A stretch of 64,000 nt of DNA from an uncultured Alphaproteobacteria bacterium (GCA_965371625.1 CBDUZE010000002.1:92960-156959); one strand, 5' to 3'; positions 35,315-45,956 are shown, numbered from the stretch's first letter. A program made the numbers and translations. Notes: a model not told the origin generated them from the letters alone.

Positions 35315-35931
35315 GCCTGGTCGGCATCATCGACTACGGCCTCGGCAACCTGCGCTCGGTGGCCGGCGCGGTGGCCAAGGTCGGCTTCGAGCCGGTGATC
35401 AGCGCCGAGGCGGAGACCCTGTGGCGCTGCTCGAAGCTGATCCTGCCCGGCGTCGGCGCCTTCGGCGACGGCATGAGGAACCTGGAGCAGAGGGGGCTGG
35501 TGGCGCCGCTCACCGAGATGGTGACGGAGGGCGGCAAGCCGGTGCTCGGCATCTGTCTCGGCTCCCAGCTCTTGACCCGCTCGAGCGAGGAGTTCGGGGA
35601 GCACCAGGGCCTGGGCTGGATCGCCGCCCGGGTACGGCAGTTCAAGCCCGCGGACCTTGAGCTCCGGGTGCCGCACGTGGGCTGGAACGACCTCATCCAG
35701 GTGCGCCCCAGCGTGCTCTTCGAGGAGGTGCCCGAGACGGCGCTGTTCTACTACGTGCACAGCTACTTCATCGAGGCTGAGTCCCAGGACATCGTCGTCG
35801 GCGAATGCGACTACGGCGCCCGCTTCGCCGCCGCGCTCGAGTGCGGCAATATCTATGCTACCCAGTTTCACCCCGAGAAGAGCCAGCGTCACGGGCTCAC
35901 CCTGCTCGAGAACTTCCTGTCGAGGACCTGA
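35311..35931 (+). CDS. Imidazole glycerol phosphate synthase HisH-like glutamine amidotransferase paralog
   Basis: IIDYGLGNLRSV...GVGAFG...H..E triad pattern. ATGA overlap with the upstream stop. Confidence 0.8.
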   Translation: MSLVGIIDYGLGNLRSVAGAVAKVGFEPVISAEAETLWRCSKLILPGVGAFGDGMRNLEQRGLVAPLTEMVTEGGKPVLGICLGSQLLTRSSEEFGEHQGLGWIAARVRQFKPADLELRVPHVGWNDLIQVRPSVLFEEVPETALFYYVHSYFIEAESQDIVVGECDYGARFAAALECGNIYATQFHPEKSQRHGLTLLENFLSRT

Positions 35932-35935
35932 GGCG

Positions 35936-36682
35936 ATGCTGAGGAAGCGCCTGGTCACGGTGCTGACGTTCTCGGACGGGGTGCTGTTCCGGACCAAGCT
36001 GTTCACGCCCGACTACCGCTATACCCTCAACTTCGTCGACGCCTGGTCGGTGGACGAGATCGTGGTCCTCGACGTGACCCGCCCCGGCCAGGGCCGCAAG
36101 GAGAGCTTTTTCGAGGTGATCCCGGAGTTCGCCTCGAAGTGCTTCGTGCCCTTGGCGGCGGGCGGCGGCATTCGCACCGCGGAAGACGTCAAGACCTACC
36201 TCGGCCTCGGCGCCGACAAGGTGGTGGTCAACACCGGCGCCTTGCGAACGCCCGAGCTCATTACCGAGATCGCCGAGTCCTACGGCAGCCAGTGCGTGGT
36301 GCTGTCGATCGACGCCAAGCGCGGCGCCAACGGCGCCTACGAGGTCTACTCGGACTTCGGCGCCAAGCCCTGCGGCCTCGAGCCCGCCGAGTGGGCGGCC
36401 AAGGCCGAGGGCTTGGGCGCCGGCGAGGTCCTGGTCACCTCGATCGAGCGCGACGGATCGTTGCAGGGCTACGACCTCGAGCTCTGCCGCCGGGTCGCGG
36501 ACGCGGTCAGCGTGCCGGTGCTGATCCTGGGCGGCGCCGGGAGCTGGAAGCACTTCGTCGAGGGCTTCAAGGAGGGCGGTGCGGCGGCGGCCTGCACCCA
36601 GAACATCTACCACTTCACCGAGAGCAGCATCCAGAGCGCCAAGGCCTACCTCAAGAATGCCGGCATCGATGTCAGGACCTGA
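35936..36682 (+). CDS. Imidazole glycerol phosphate synthase HisF-like cyclase paralog
   Basis: (beta/alpha)8 HisF pattern ...LDV...VPLAAGGGIRT...VVVNT...ILGGAGS. It sits adjacent to the hisH-like gene. Confidence 0.75.
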   Translation: MLRKRLVTVLTFSDGVLFRTKLFTPDYRYTLNFVDAWSVDEIVVLDVTRPGQGRKESFFEVIPEFASKCFVPLAAGGGIRTAEDVKTYLGLGADKVVVNTGALRTPELITEIAESYGSQCVVLSIDAKRGANGAYEVYSDFGAKPCGLEPAEWAAKAEGLGAGEVLVTSIERDGSLQGYDLELCRRVADAVSVPVLILGGAGSWKHFVEGFKEGGAAAACTQNIYHFTESSIQSAKAYLKNAGIDVRT

Positions 36683-37829
36683 GTCCGGTTCCGCGGCGGC
36701 GGCTGCCGCCTCGGGCGCCACCCGCGTGCGCTATTGCCGGGCCTGCCTGATGCCGGATACCCGGCCGCGCATCGTCTTCGACGAGGCCGGGGTCTGCAAC
36801 GCCTGCCACAACGCGCGCGAGAAGCGGGCGATCGACTGGCAGGCGCGCCGCGCCGAGTTCCTGGCGATCGTCGAGCAATCCCGGGCCGAGGGTCCTTACG
36901 ACTGCATCGTGCCGTGGAGCGGCGGCAAGGATTCGAGCTCCATCGCCCACAAGCTCAAGTTCGAGTTCGGCCTCAACCCGCTGCTGGTCACCTTCTCGCC
37001 GCTGCAGCCCAACGAGGTCGGCGTCCACAACCGCGAAGAGCTCCTCAAGTTGGGCTTCGACCACCTCATGGTGCGGCCCGACCAGCGGGTCAGCCGCGCG
37101 CTGGCGCGGCGCTTCTTCGTCGAGCGCGGCAATCCCAAGGTGCACTGGGACGCCGGCGTCAACGCGGTGCCGGTGCAAGTGGCGGTGAACTATCGCATCC
37201 CGCTGATCTTTTACGCCGAGCACGGCGAAAGCGAGTACGGCGGCCGGGTCTTGAGCGAGGAGCACAAGAAGATCCGCGACCTGGCCGAGGTACTGGAGCA
37301 TCAGATCGGCGATCATCCGCTCAACTGGGTCGACGACCAGGTGGCTGAGAACGATCTCGCGCCCTACGCCTATCCCGAGCCCGACGAGGTCGAGCGGGTG
37401 GGCGTGAAGGCGCTCTATTTCGCTTACTTCTTCAAGTGGAGCATGTTCGAGAATTACCAATACATCAAAGACAAGATGGATTTCCGTACGGTTCCGGCGG
37501 GACGCACGGACGGCACCTTCACCGACTTCGATAGCCTCGACGACAAGATCGACAACCTCTACTACTACATGCAGTTCATCAAGTTCGGCTTTGGCCGCGC
37601 CACCCGCGACGCCAGCCGGATGATCCAGAACGGACATCTGGAGCGCGCCGAGGGGCTCGAGCTGGTGCGCAAGTACGACGATGAGTTCCCCGCCACCTTC
37701 TTCGACGAGAACCTGGACTACCTCGGATTAAGCGAGACCGAGTTCAGGGAAACCGTCGACCTCCACCGCAATAGCGAGATCTGGGAGTTCGCGGGCAACC
37801 AGTGGAAGCTCAGGTTCCCGCCCGAGTGA
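36669..37829 (+). CDS. N-acetyl sugar amidotransferase (WbpG/LPS-biosynthesis PP-loop family)
   Basis: CRACLMPDTRP...GVCNAC zinc ribbon and a PWSGGKDSS PP-loop. Confidence 0.7.
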   Translation: MSGPESGSAAAAAASGATRVRYCRACLMPDTRPRIVFDEAGVCNACHNAREKRAIDWQARRAEFLAIVEQSRAEGPYDCIVPWSGGKDSSSIAHKLKFEFGLNPLLVTFSPLQPNEVGVHNREELLKLGFDHLMVRPDQRVSRALARRFFVERGNPKVHWDAGVNAVPVQVAVNYRIPLIFYAEHGESEYGGRVLSEEHKKIRDLAEVLEHQIGDHPLNWVDDQVAENDLAPYAYPEPDEVERVGVKALYFAYFFKWSMFENYQYIKDKMDFRTVPAGRTDGTFTDFDSLDDKIDNLYYYMQFIKFGFGRATRDASRMIQNGHLERAEGLELVRKYDDEFPATFFDENLDYLGLSETEFRETVDLHRNSEIWEFAGNQWKLRFPPE

Positions 37830-37889
37830 GGTCGGGGCCGGGGCCGGGAACGATGCCCCCGCCCCCAATCCAGCCGAATCACGAAAATC

Positions 37890-38765
37890 ATGAGCGACGA
37901 GGATTTCGCGACCTTCGACTGCGACCTCTGCGGCAGCCCCGACGCCGAGGAGATCGCCGTGGCCCGCAACTACACCGGCGACCAACCCATTCACGTTTGC
38001 AAGGGCTGCGGCTTCGTCTACGTCAGGCGCCGCCGCTCGGCTGCCCGCATCGCTGACGACTGGTCGGACGAGCTCTATGCGAGCAAGTACACCGCTCGCA
38101 TCCCGGCCATCAAGGCGCGCCACGTCTACGTCGCCGAGTTGATCGACACCACCATCGGGTTGAAGGACAAGGCGCTGTGCGACATCGGCGGCGGCGAGGG
38201 CCAGTTCGCCGACATGATCCGCGCGCCCGAGTACGGCGCCCGGGTCTTCGCCATCGAACCCTCGGCCGCAAACTGCGAGCGCATGCGCGACCTCGGCATC
38301 GAGAGTTTCACCGGCACCATCGAGGACTATGTGGCGGCGCCCGAGCATGCCGAGCGCAAGTTCGACATCGTCACCGTCATGTGGACGCTCGAGAACTGCC
38401 AGTCCTGCCGGGGCATGCTGGACGCGGCCTACCGGATCCTCGAGCCGGGCGGACACATCGTGCTGGCGACCGGGAGTCGCATCCTGGTGCCCTTCAAGAA
38501 GCCGCTACGGTACTACCTCGGCCCCAACCCCGCCGACACCCACGCCTTCCGCTTCAGCGCCAACACCTTGAACGGCCTGCTTGCCGTCAGCGGCTTCGAG
38601 GCCGCCCACGTCAACCGCTACATCGATAGCGACATCCTGTGCTTGGTGGCCGCGAGGACCGAGCGCGCCAAGGAGATCGCCTGGGAAGGCGACGACTGGC
38701 GCGAGGTGGTGGACTTCTTCGATCGCTGGGCCCATGAGAGCGAAGCCTATTATGCCGACGCCTAG
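37890..38765 (+). CDS. Class I SAM-dependent methyltransferase with an N-terminal zinc ribbon
   Basis: CDLCGS...CKGCGF, then the DIGGGEGQF SAM motif. Confidence 0.7.
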   Translation: MSDEDFATFDCDLCGSPDAEEIAVARNYTGDQPIHVCKGCGFVYVRRRRSAARIADDWSDELYASKYTARIPAIKARHVYVAELIDTTIGLKDKALCDIGGGEGQFADMIRAPEYGARVFAIEPSAANCERMRDLGIESFTGTIEDYVAAPEHAERKFDIVTVMWTLENCQSCRGMLDAAYRILEPGGHIVLATGSRILVPFKKPLRYYLGPNPADTHAFRFSANTLNGLLAVSGFEAAHVNRYIDSDILCLVAARTERAKEIAWEGDDWREVVDFFDRWAHESEAYYADA

Positions 38766-39543
38766 GGCCGCGCCGGAGGCCGCCACGGCGCCGGCGGCGA
38801 GCGCGGCGGCGGCGCTCCACTGGCGCCCCCAAGCCTTCGACTCGGAGCATCTGGGCGCGCCCGTGGCCAGGCTCACGGTCGAGGGAGTGGAAACCGCCGC
38901 GGCGCTCGAAGGGGCGCTGCCGGGGCTGGTCGAGGCCTGGCGCGAGCGTGGGGTGTGGCTGGTCTCCTGTCGCCTGCCGGCGGAATGGACCGCGGAAGGG
39001 CGGATGCTCGAGGCGGCCGGCTTTCGCGCCATCGAGACCCTGATCACCTACGCTCGCCCGCTGCTCCGGCTGCCCGAGTCCGCGCTTGCCGTTGCGCCGG
39101 CGCGCGCGGCGGATGCCGAGACCTGCATCGAGATCGGCCGCACGGCCTTCCGCTTCGACCGCTATCACGCCGACCCCGAGATCGATAACGGGGGCGCCGA
39201 CGCGCTCAAGGCGGCGTGGGTCAAGAACGCCCTCGGCGGCCGCGCCGACGCCTCCTTGGTGGTGCGCGAGGACGGCGCGGCCAGGGGCTTCGTGCTCTGC
39301 CTGCGGCGCGGCGAGGAAGCCGTCATCGACCTCATCGCCGTGGCGCCCGGGTACTGGGGGCGGGGTTTGGGAAGGGCGCTGGTGGTGGGCGCGCTCGCCC
39401 ACTACGCCGAGGCCGCCCACACCATGCGGGTCTCGACCCAGGTCACCAACCGGGCCTCGACCGCGCTCTACCAGGGGCTGGGCTTTCGCGAGCTCGGGCG
39501 CGCCCGCACCTACCACTGGATAAACCGGGAGGCGCGGCCATGA
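38752..39543 (+). CDS. GNAT-family N-acetyltransferase
   Basis: ...VIDLIAVAPGYWGRGLGRALV... acetyl-CoA binding motif. The start overlaps the upstream stop. Confidence 0.65.
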   Translation: MPTPRAAPEAATAPAASAAAALHWRPQAFDSEHLGAPVARLTVEGVETAAALEGALPGLVEAWRERGVWLVSCRLPAEWTAEGRMLEAAGFRAIETLITYARPLLRLPESALAVAPARAADAETCIEIGRTAFRFDRYHADPEIDNGGADALKAAWVKNALGGRADASLVVREDGAARGFVLCLRRGEEAVIDLIAVAPGYWGRGLGRALVVGALAHYAEAAHTMRVSTQVTNRASTALYQGLGFRELGRARTYHWINREARP

Positions 39544-40541
39544 AGCGGCTGCGTGTCGGCGTCGTCGGCCTGGGGGTCGGCGAGCAGCACGTGATCAGCT
39601 ATCGGGCCCAGCCCGAGGTCGAGGTCGCGGCGATTTGCGACCTCGACCCCGAACGCCTGCGGGCGGTCGGGGAGGCCCACGGCGTCGCCGCCCGTTACGC
39701 CGATTACCGCCGCCTGACCGAGGACCCGGAGCTCGACGCGGTATCGATCTGCTCCTACGACGACGCCCACGCCGAGCACTGCGTCTCGGCCTTCCGTAAC
39801 GGCAAGCACGTGATGGTGGAGAAGCCGGTGGCGCTCGACCGCGACGAGGCCGAGGCGGTGCTGCGGGCGCAGCAGGACTCGAAGCGTATCATCACCTCGA
39901 ACCTGATCCTGCGCCAGAGCCCCCGCTTCAGGGAGGTCAAGCGCATGGCCGAGGCGGGCGAGTTCGGCGACATCGTCTGCATCGAGGGCGACTACATCCA
40001 CCAGATCCTGTGGAAGATCACCGAGGGCTGGCGCGGCAAGATGGCGTTCTACTGCGTCACCTACGGCGGCGGCATTCACCTCATCGACCTGATGCGCTGG
40101 ATCGTCGGCCAGGAGGTCGACGAGGTCTGCGGCATGGGCAACAAGATGCTCAGCGCCGGGAGCGCCTACCGGTTCGAGGACACCATCGCCAACCTGCTGC
40201 GCTTCGCGGGCGGGACGCTCGGCAAGACCCTCACAATCTTCGGGCCGCGGCGGAGCAAGTTCCATTCCCTCAACGTCTACGGCACCAAGAAGACCTTCGT
40301 GAACGACATGCCCGACGGCAAGCTGTTCGACGGCGAGGAGCCGGAGGACGAGCATGTCATGGCCGCGTCCTATCCGGGCATGGAGAAGGGCGACATGATC
40401 CCCGAGTTCATCGCCGCCATCCGCGAGGATCGCGAGCCCGAGGTCGGCGCCCGCGACGTCTTTCGGGTCATGGACGTGTGCTTCGCGGCCTGGGAGTCGG
40501 TGCAATCCGGGCGCACCGTCAAGGTCAGCTATCAGATCTAG
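39540..40541 (+). CDS. Gfo/Idh/MocA-family NAD(P)-dependent sugar oxidoreductase
   Basis: MKRLRVGVVGLGVGEQH... Rossmann N-terminus and EKP motif (VMVEKPVA). ATGA overlap. Confidence 0.75.
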   Translation: MKRLRVGVVGLGVGEQHVISYRAQPEVEVAAICDLDPERLRAVGEAHGVAARYADYRRLTEDPELDAVSICSYDDAHAEHCVSAFRNGKHVMVEKPVALDRDEAEAVLRAQQDSKRIITSNLILRQSPRFREVKRMAEAGEFGDIVCIEGDYIHQILWKITEGWRGKMAFYCVTYGGGIHLIDLMRWIVGQEVDEVCGMGNKMLSAGSAYRFEDTIANLLRFAGGTLGKTLTIFGPRRSKFHSLNVYGTKKTFVNDMPDGKLFDGEEPEDEHVMAASYPGMEKGDMIPEFIAAIREDREPEVGARDVFRVMDVCFAAWESVQSGRTVKVSYQI

Positions 40542-40561
40542 CCGAGGCCGGACTTATCCTC

Positions 40562-41716
40562 GTGAGCAACGATCCCATCCCCTTCGGCCGGCCCATGCTC
40601 GACGCCGAAGAGATCGCGGCCGTGACCCGGGTGCTGTCGGGCCCGACCCTGGTGCATGGGCCGGTGAGCCACGCGTTCGAGCAGCGCTTCGCCGAGCGCA
40701 TCGGCAGCCGACGCGCGGTCAGCGTGTCGTCGTGCACGGCCGGGCTCCACCTCTCGCTCCTTGTCAACGACGTCGGCCCCGGGGACGCGGTCGCGGTGCC
40801 GGCGATGACCCACGTCGCCACCGCCCACGCGGTCGAGTTCTGCGGCGCCCGGCCGCGCTTCGTCGACGTCGAGGCCGACAGCGGCAACATCGATCCGGAG
40901 GACTTGGCCGAGGCCGTAACGCCCGAGCTCAAGGCGATCATGGTGGTGCACTATCTGGGCCTGCCCTGCGACATGGACCGCATCCTGGCGCTAGCTGAGA
41001 AGGCCGGCGCCTTCGTCGTCGAGGACTGCGCCCTCGCCGTCGACGCCACCTACGGCGGGGCCAAGGCCGGGACCCTGGGGCTCACCGGCTGCTTTTCGTT
41101 CTACCCGATCAAGCACATGACCACCGTCGAGGGCGGCATGGTGACCACGGACGACGAGGACGTGGCCGCCGCGATCGCCCAGCGCAAGGCCTTCGGCTAC
41201 GACCGCGCACTGGGCCAGCGCGCCAAGCCCGGCATCTACGACGTCACCGCGCTGGGCTACAACTACCGCATGAGCGAGGTCCAGGCGGCGGTCGGGCTCG
41301 CTCAGCTCGGCAAGCTCGACGCCTTCCAGCGCGCGCGGGCGGAGAACCACCGCATCCTCAAGTCCGCGCTCGCCGAGATCGACGAGATCACCGTGTTCGA
41401 GCCGCTCAAGGGCAAGGCCGTCTCGTCGCATTACTGCCTCAACGCGGTGCTGCCCAGGGACCGCAGCGTCGCGCGCGACGCCGTGGTGGCAAGCTTGAAG
41501 GAGGCGGGCGTCGGCACCAGCGTCCACTACCCGCGGGCGGTGCCCCTGATGACCTATTACCGTGACAAGTACGGCTATCGGGAGGGCCAGTTCCCGGTCG
41601 CGGAATGGCTCGCCGAGCAGACCATCTCGCTGCCGGTGGGGCCGCACCTGAAGGAGGGCGACGCGCTGCGCATCGCCGAGGCCTTCAAGGAAGCGGTGCG
41701 CCGCGCCCGCGCCTGA
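40562..41716 (+). CDS. DegT/DnrJ/EryC1/StrS-family PLP-dependent sugar aminotransferase (GTG start)
   Basis: IPFGRPMLDAEE...FYPIKHMTTVEGG (PLP-lysine region) is the typical family pattern. Confidence 0.8.
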   Translation: MSNDPIPFGRPMLDAEEIAAVTRVLSGPTLVHGPVSHAFEQRFAERIGSRRAVSVSSCTAGLHLSLLVNDVGPGDAVAVPAMTHVATAHAVEFCGARPRFVDVEADSGNIDPEDLAEAVTPELKAIMVVHYLGLPCDMDRILALAEKAGAFVVEDCALAVDATYGGAKAGTLGLTGCFSFYPIKHMTTVEGGMVTTDDEDVAAAIAQRKAFGYDRALGQRAKPGIYDVTALGYNYRMSEVQAAVGLAQLGKLDAFQRARAENHRILKSALAEIDEITVFEPLKGKAVSSHYCLNAVLPRDRSVARDAVVASLKEAGVGTSVHYPRAVPLMTYYRDKYGYREGQFPVAEWLAEQTISLPVGPHLKEGDALRIAEAFKEAVRRARA

Positions 41717-41745
41717 CCCCTGCCCCGTCCCGGAATGAACCGAAC

Positions 41746-42825
41746 ATGAGCGAAATTTCCCTAACCACCATCAAGGAGAAGCTCGGCGGCGAGCGCGTCC
41801 TGCTGGTCGGCGGAGCCGGGTTCATCGGCCACAACCTGGCGCTGGGGCTGCGCGAGATCGGCGTCGAGACCATGGTGGTGGACAACCTCATGATCAACAG
41901 CATCGTCGACAACGTCTACGCCGACCACAAGAACTCGTTTCAGGGCCAGGCCTACCTCAACTTCCTCTTGGACCGCTTCGCCCTCATGCGCGAGGCCGGC
42001 GTCGAGCTGCGCAACGCCGATGCCCGGCTGATGATCGACCTGGCGCGGGTGTTCGACGAGTTTCAGCCGAGCAAGGTGGTGCACCTCGCGGCCATCGCCA
42101 GCGCCGTCGAGGCGCACAAGGATCCGGGCCTGTGCTTCGACCTGCAGCTGCTGACGTTGCGCAACGTGGTGGAGCTCTGCCGCCTCAGCCACGACCAGGT
42201 CAACCAGGTGGTGCTGTTGAGCTCGAGCACCGTCTACGGCGACTTCGAGGGCCCCAGCGTCGACGAGAATACCCACCCGCAGCCGCGCGGCATCTACGCC
42301 AACACCAAGTACATGGCCGAGCGGCTGATCCGCACCTACCACTACCAGCATGGCCTGGGCATCACCATCATCCGGCCCAGCGCGCTCTACGGCGAGCGCT
42401 GCGTGAGCCGCCGCGTGAGCCAGGTGTTCATCGAGAATGCCCTCAATGGGAAACCACTGTTGCTCGAAGGGGGCGGCGACGGCCGTCTCGACTTCACCTA
42501 CATCCGCGACCTGGTGGACGGCATCAACCGCGCGCTGGCGCTCCATGGCGGTCCGGCGAGCTCGGAGACCTTCAACATCACCTACGGCAGCGCGCGCACC
42601 ATCGCCGAGCTCGCCGAGGTGGTCAAAGGCGTGGTCCCCGACGTCGCCCTCGAGGAGCGGCCGCGCTCCGAGGAGAAGCCGATTCGCGGCACGCTGTCCA
42701 CCGTGCGGGCCGAGCAGGAGCTCGGCTTCAAGGCGCAATGGCCGCTCGAGATCGGCTACCGGACCTATTGTGAGTGGTATGCCGAGCAATGGGAACGCGC
42801 GGCCAGGGAGCTGAGCCGAAATTGA
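41746..42825 (+). CDS. NAD-dependent sugar-nucleotide epimerase/dehydratase (SDR family)
   Basis: VLLVGGAGFIGHNL glycine motif and a YANTK catalytic Y-x3-K. Confidence 0.8.
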   Translation: MSEISLTTIKEKLGGERVLLVGGAGFIGHNLALGLREIGVETMVVDNLMINSIVDNVYADHKNSFQGQAYLNFLLDRFALMREAGVELRNADARLMIDLARVFDEFQPSKVVHLAAIASAVEAHKDPGLCFDLQLLTLRNVVELCRLSHDQVNQVVLLSSSTVYGDFEGPSVDENTHPQPRGIYANTKYMAERLIRTYHYQHGLGITIIRPSALYGERCVSRRVSQVFIENALNGKPLLLEGGGDGRLDFTYIRDLVDGINRALALHGGPASSETFNITYGSARTIAELAEVVKGVVPDVALEERPRSEEKPIRGTLSTVRAEQELGFKAQWPLEIGYRTYCEWYAEQWERAARELSRN

Positions 42826-43556
42826 GCGATTGTGCGCTGGTCGTCTTTGCGCGCCACGATTCGCGGCGCCTCCCCGGCAAGGTGCTGATGGATATCGGCG
42901 GACGGGCGATGCTCGGTCGCGTGATCGACCGGCTGCGGTTGGTGCGGGGAGGTGGCCCGATCGTGGTCGCCACCAGCGCACGGGCGCTCGACGACCCCGT
43001 CGCCGCTTACGCCGAGAGCGAGGACGTCGGCGCCTTCCGCGGCGCGGCGGAGAACGTCGCCGCGCGCGCGCTGGCTTGCGCCGAAGCCAACGGCTTCACC
43101 TGCTTCGTGCGCATTTCGGGCGACAGCCCGTTTATCGATCCCGAGATCGTGGCGCGGCTGATCGAGCGCCACCTGACGCTCGACCTCGACCTCGCCACCA
43201 ACGTCTGGCCCAGGAGCTTTCCCGCCGGCGCCAGCGCCGAGGTGATCTCGACGCAGGCGATGCGGCGGGCGTGCGCCGAGATGGACGACGACGAGGAGAG
43301 CGAGCACGTGACCCGCTACTTCTACCGCCACCCGGACGCCTTCCGCATCTTCAACTTGAGCGCCCCTGACGACCGCTACGCGGGCGTGCGTCTCGCGGTC
43401 GACGACGGGGACGACCTCGAGCGCGCCACCTGGATCGCCGAGCGCCTCGAGGACCCGGCCGAGGCGGCCCAGCTCGACGATATCGTGGCCCTGGCCCGCG
43501 CCTGGCAGCGGGGCCGCGGGCCCGCGGCCGGCGCGGCCAAGGCGCGGCGGGCCTGA
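42822..43556 (+). CDS. Cytidylyltransferase-family protein (CMP-nonulosonate synthetase/SpsF-like), TTG start overlapping the upstream stop
   Basis: ALVVFARHDSRRLPGKVL (nucleotidyltransferase N-motif) and the length fit. Start call uncertain. Confidence 0.6.
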   Translation: MSDCALVVFARHDSRRLPGKVLMDIGGRAMLGRVIDRLRLVRGGGPIVVATSARALDDPVAAYAESEDVGAFRGAAENVAARALACAEANGFTCFVRISGDSPFIDPEIVARLIERHLTLDLDLATNVWPRSFPAGASAEVISTQAMRRACAEMDDDEESEHVTRYFYRHPDAFRIFNLSAPDDRYAGVRLAVDDGDDLERATWIAERLEDPAEAAQLDDIVALARAWQRGRGPAAGAAKARRA

Positions 43557-43568
43557 GCGGAAAGCGGC

Positions 43569-44615
43569 ATGATCAGGTACGGAAAATCGAACGCGGAGTA
43601 CATGCGCCTGAAGTCCGTGTTCTACGACCCCGAGCAGAACCGCCGCTGGGCCGAGCTGGCCGAGAGGGTGTCGGGCATGTACCGCGAGCAGCCGCGCCGC
43701 GAGGCCTGCGTGGCCTGCGAGAAGGCGCTGGGCGAGCCGCTGTTCACGCTGCGCGGCGTCGACTACTGCGTCTGCGAGCGCTGCGGTCACTTGAACGGCG
43801 TGTTCGAGGATACCCTCGAGTTCGCCGAGTACCTCTACAAGGAGAGCGCCGAGGGCCAGACGCTCGACGTCTACGCCGACCAGGACCTCGAGGCCTACCG
43901 CCATCGGGTCGCCTCGATCTACCTGCCCAAGGCCGAGTTCATGTGCGACGCCATCCGCGACGACGGCACCGATCCCGGGTCGCTCAGCTTCGCCGACCTG
44001 GGCGCGGGCTCGGGGCACTTCGTCATGGCCATGCGCCAGTGCGGGCTCGACAACGCCATCGGCTACGACGCCACCCTGGAGCTCGTCGAGCAGACCAACC
44101 GCATGCACGGCGCCGAGATCCTCAGGCACAACGAGATCGACGAGCTCAACCGCATTGCCGCCGGCGCCGAGGTCGACGTCATCACCATGATCTTCGCCCT
44201 GGAGCACGTCAGGGGCCTGCGCGAGTTCCTCGGCGCCGTGCGCTCGAACCCGCGGGTGCGGTACTTCTTCTTCGCCGTCCCGGTGTTCAACCCCAGCGTC
44301 TTCCTCGAGGTGGTGACGCCCGAGGTGATGCCGCGGATCCTCGGTCTCGGCCACACCCATCTGTTCACCGACCGCTCGCTCGAGCTCCTGTGCCGGGAGT
44401 TCAAGCTCAAGCGCAGCGCCGAGTGGTGGTTCGGGGCCAACGCCTTCGACCTGCACCGCACGATCTCGGTCCAGCTCCAGGCGCTTGCCGCGAGTCCGGG
44501 GGCGCCCGAGGTGTGGAACGAGATGATGCTGCCGATGATCGACGCGCTGCAGCTGGTGTTCGATCATCAGAAGCTCTCGTCGGAGATCCACCTGTTGACC
44601 TCGATCGAGCGCTGA
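43569..44615 (+). CDS. Class I SAM-dependent methyltransferase with an N-terminal Cys4 zinc-ribbon
   Basis: CVACEK...CVCERCGH, then DLGAGSGHF. Confidence 0.65.
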   Translation: MIRYGKSNAEYMRLKSVFYDPEQNRRWAELAERVSGMYREQPRREACVACEKALGEPLFTLRGVDYCVCERCGHLNGVFEDTLEFAEYLYKESAEGQTLDVYADQDLEAYRHRVASIYLPKAEFMCDAIRDDGTDPGSLSFADLGAGSGHFVMAMRQCGLDNAIGYDATLELVEQTNRMHGAEILRHNEIDELNRIAAGAEVDVITMIFALEHVRGLREFLGAVRSNPRVRYFFFAVPVFNPSVFLEVVTPEVMPRILGLGHTHLFTDRSLELLCREFKLKRSAEWWFGANAFDLHRTISVQLQALAASPGAPEVWNEMMLPMIDALQLVFDHQKLSSEIHLLTSIER

Positions 44616-44655
44616 ACACTCCGCGCCAGCGTGATCTCGATACGACAGCGCTAAA

Positions 44656-45954
44656 TTGATGAATGATCTCGCCATCCTCGGCGGCACGCCGGTGCTCGAG
44701 GCCGAGCTGCCGCGTTACCGCTCCATGGGACAGGCCGAGCTCGACGCCGTGGTCGAGGTCATGGAGTCGGACTGCCTGTCCGGGTTCTACGGCAGCCCCG
44801 GTCCCGAGTTCCTGGGCGGCGCCAAGGTGCGGGCCTTCGAGAAGGCCTGGAGCGAAAGATTCGGCGTGCGCCACGCGGTGTCGGTGAATTCGGCCACCTC
44901 GGGCCTGTTCGCGGCCATGGGCGCCATCGGCATCGGCCCCGGCGACGAGGTCATCCTGCCGCCCTGGACCATGTCGGCCACGGCCATGGCGCCGCTCGTC
45001 TACGGCGGGCTGCCGGTCTTCGCCGACGTCGAGGCAGACACCTTCTGTCTCGATCCCCAGGCGGTGCGGGCCGAGATCACGCCCCGGACCAAGGCCATCC
45101 TAGTGGTCAACCTGTTCGGGCATCCGGCACGGCTCGAGGAGCTGCGCCTGATCGCCGAAGCGCACGGGCTGTGGCTGGTCGAGGACAACGCCCAGGCGCC
45201 GCTCGCCTCGGAGCACGGCCGGGCCGCCGGCACCGTCGGCCACATCGGCGTCTTCAGCTTCAACTTCCACAAGCACATCCACACCGGCGAGGGCGGCATG
45301 TGCGTCACCGAGGACGACCGGCTGGCCGAGCGCCTGAGGCTGATCCGCAACCACGGCGAAAACGCGGTCGAGGCGGGGGGGGGCGACGAGCTCGTCAACA
45401 TGGTCGGCTTCAACTTCCGTCTCACCGAGCTCAGCGCCGCCGTGGGCCTGGCACAGCTCGCCGACATCGACCGCCACGTGGGCCGCCGCGAGCGCGTGGC
45501 CGAGGCGCTCACGGCCGGACTCGATGGGCTCGATGGGCTGCGCGCGCCGATGGTGCGCGAGGGCTGCCGGCACAACTACTATTGCTGGTGCGTGCGCTAC
45601 GACGAAGCGGCGATGGGCTTGAGCCGGGACGCCTTCTGTAGGGCCCTCGCCGCCGAGGGCTTTCCCTTGGGCGTCGGTTACGTGCGCCCGCTCTACCTGC
45701 TGCCGCTGTTTCAGGAGCGCATCGCCATCGGCGCCGAGGGCTTCCCCTTCAGCCTCAGCAACCGGACCTACGCCAAGGGCCTGTGCCCGGTGGCGGAACG
45801 ATTGCACGAGAAGGAGGCCTTCCTGTTCGAGCCCTGCGCCTGGTCGCTCGACGAGCGCCACACCGAGCTCCTGGTCGAGGCCCTGCGCAAGGTGCACGGG
45901 CGGGCCGGCGAGCTCGCGGCCCTCGAGCGACAAGGCGAGGCGGCGTCGGCCTGA
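44656..45954 (+). CDS. DegT/DnrJ/EryC1/StrS-family sugar aminotransferase (second copy)
   Basis: Family pattern including FSFNFHKHIHTGEGG (PLP-lysine region). Confidence 0.8.
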   Translation: MMNDLAILGGTPVLEAELPRYRSMGQAELDAVVEVMESDCLSGFYGSPGPEFLGGAKVRAFEKAWSERFGVRHAVSVNSATSGLFAAMGAIGIGPGDEVILPPWTMSATAMAPLVYGGLPVFADVEADTFCLDPQAVRAEITPRTKAILVVNLFGHPARLEELRLIAEAHGLWLVEDNAQAPLASEHGRAAGTVGHIGVFSFNFHKHIHTGEGGMCVTEDDRLAERLRLIRNHGENAVEAGGGDELVNMVGFNFRLTELSAAVGLAQLADIDRHVGRRERVAEALTAGLDGLDGLRAPMVREGCRHNYYCWCVRYDEAAMGLSRDAFCRALAAEGFPLGVGYVRPLYLLPLFQERIAIGAEGFPFSLSNRTYAKGLCPVAERLHEKEAFLFEPCAWSLDERHTELLVEALRKVHGRAGELAALERQGEAASA

Positions 45955-45956
45955 GC

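Noticed and set aside
42765-44687. 640-aa minus-strand ORF
   Set aside because: Antisense to the cytidylyltransferase and methyltransferase genes, which have clear signatures.
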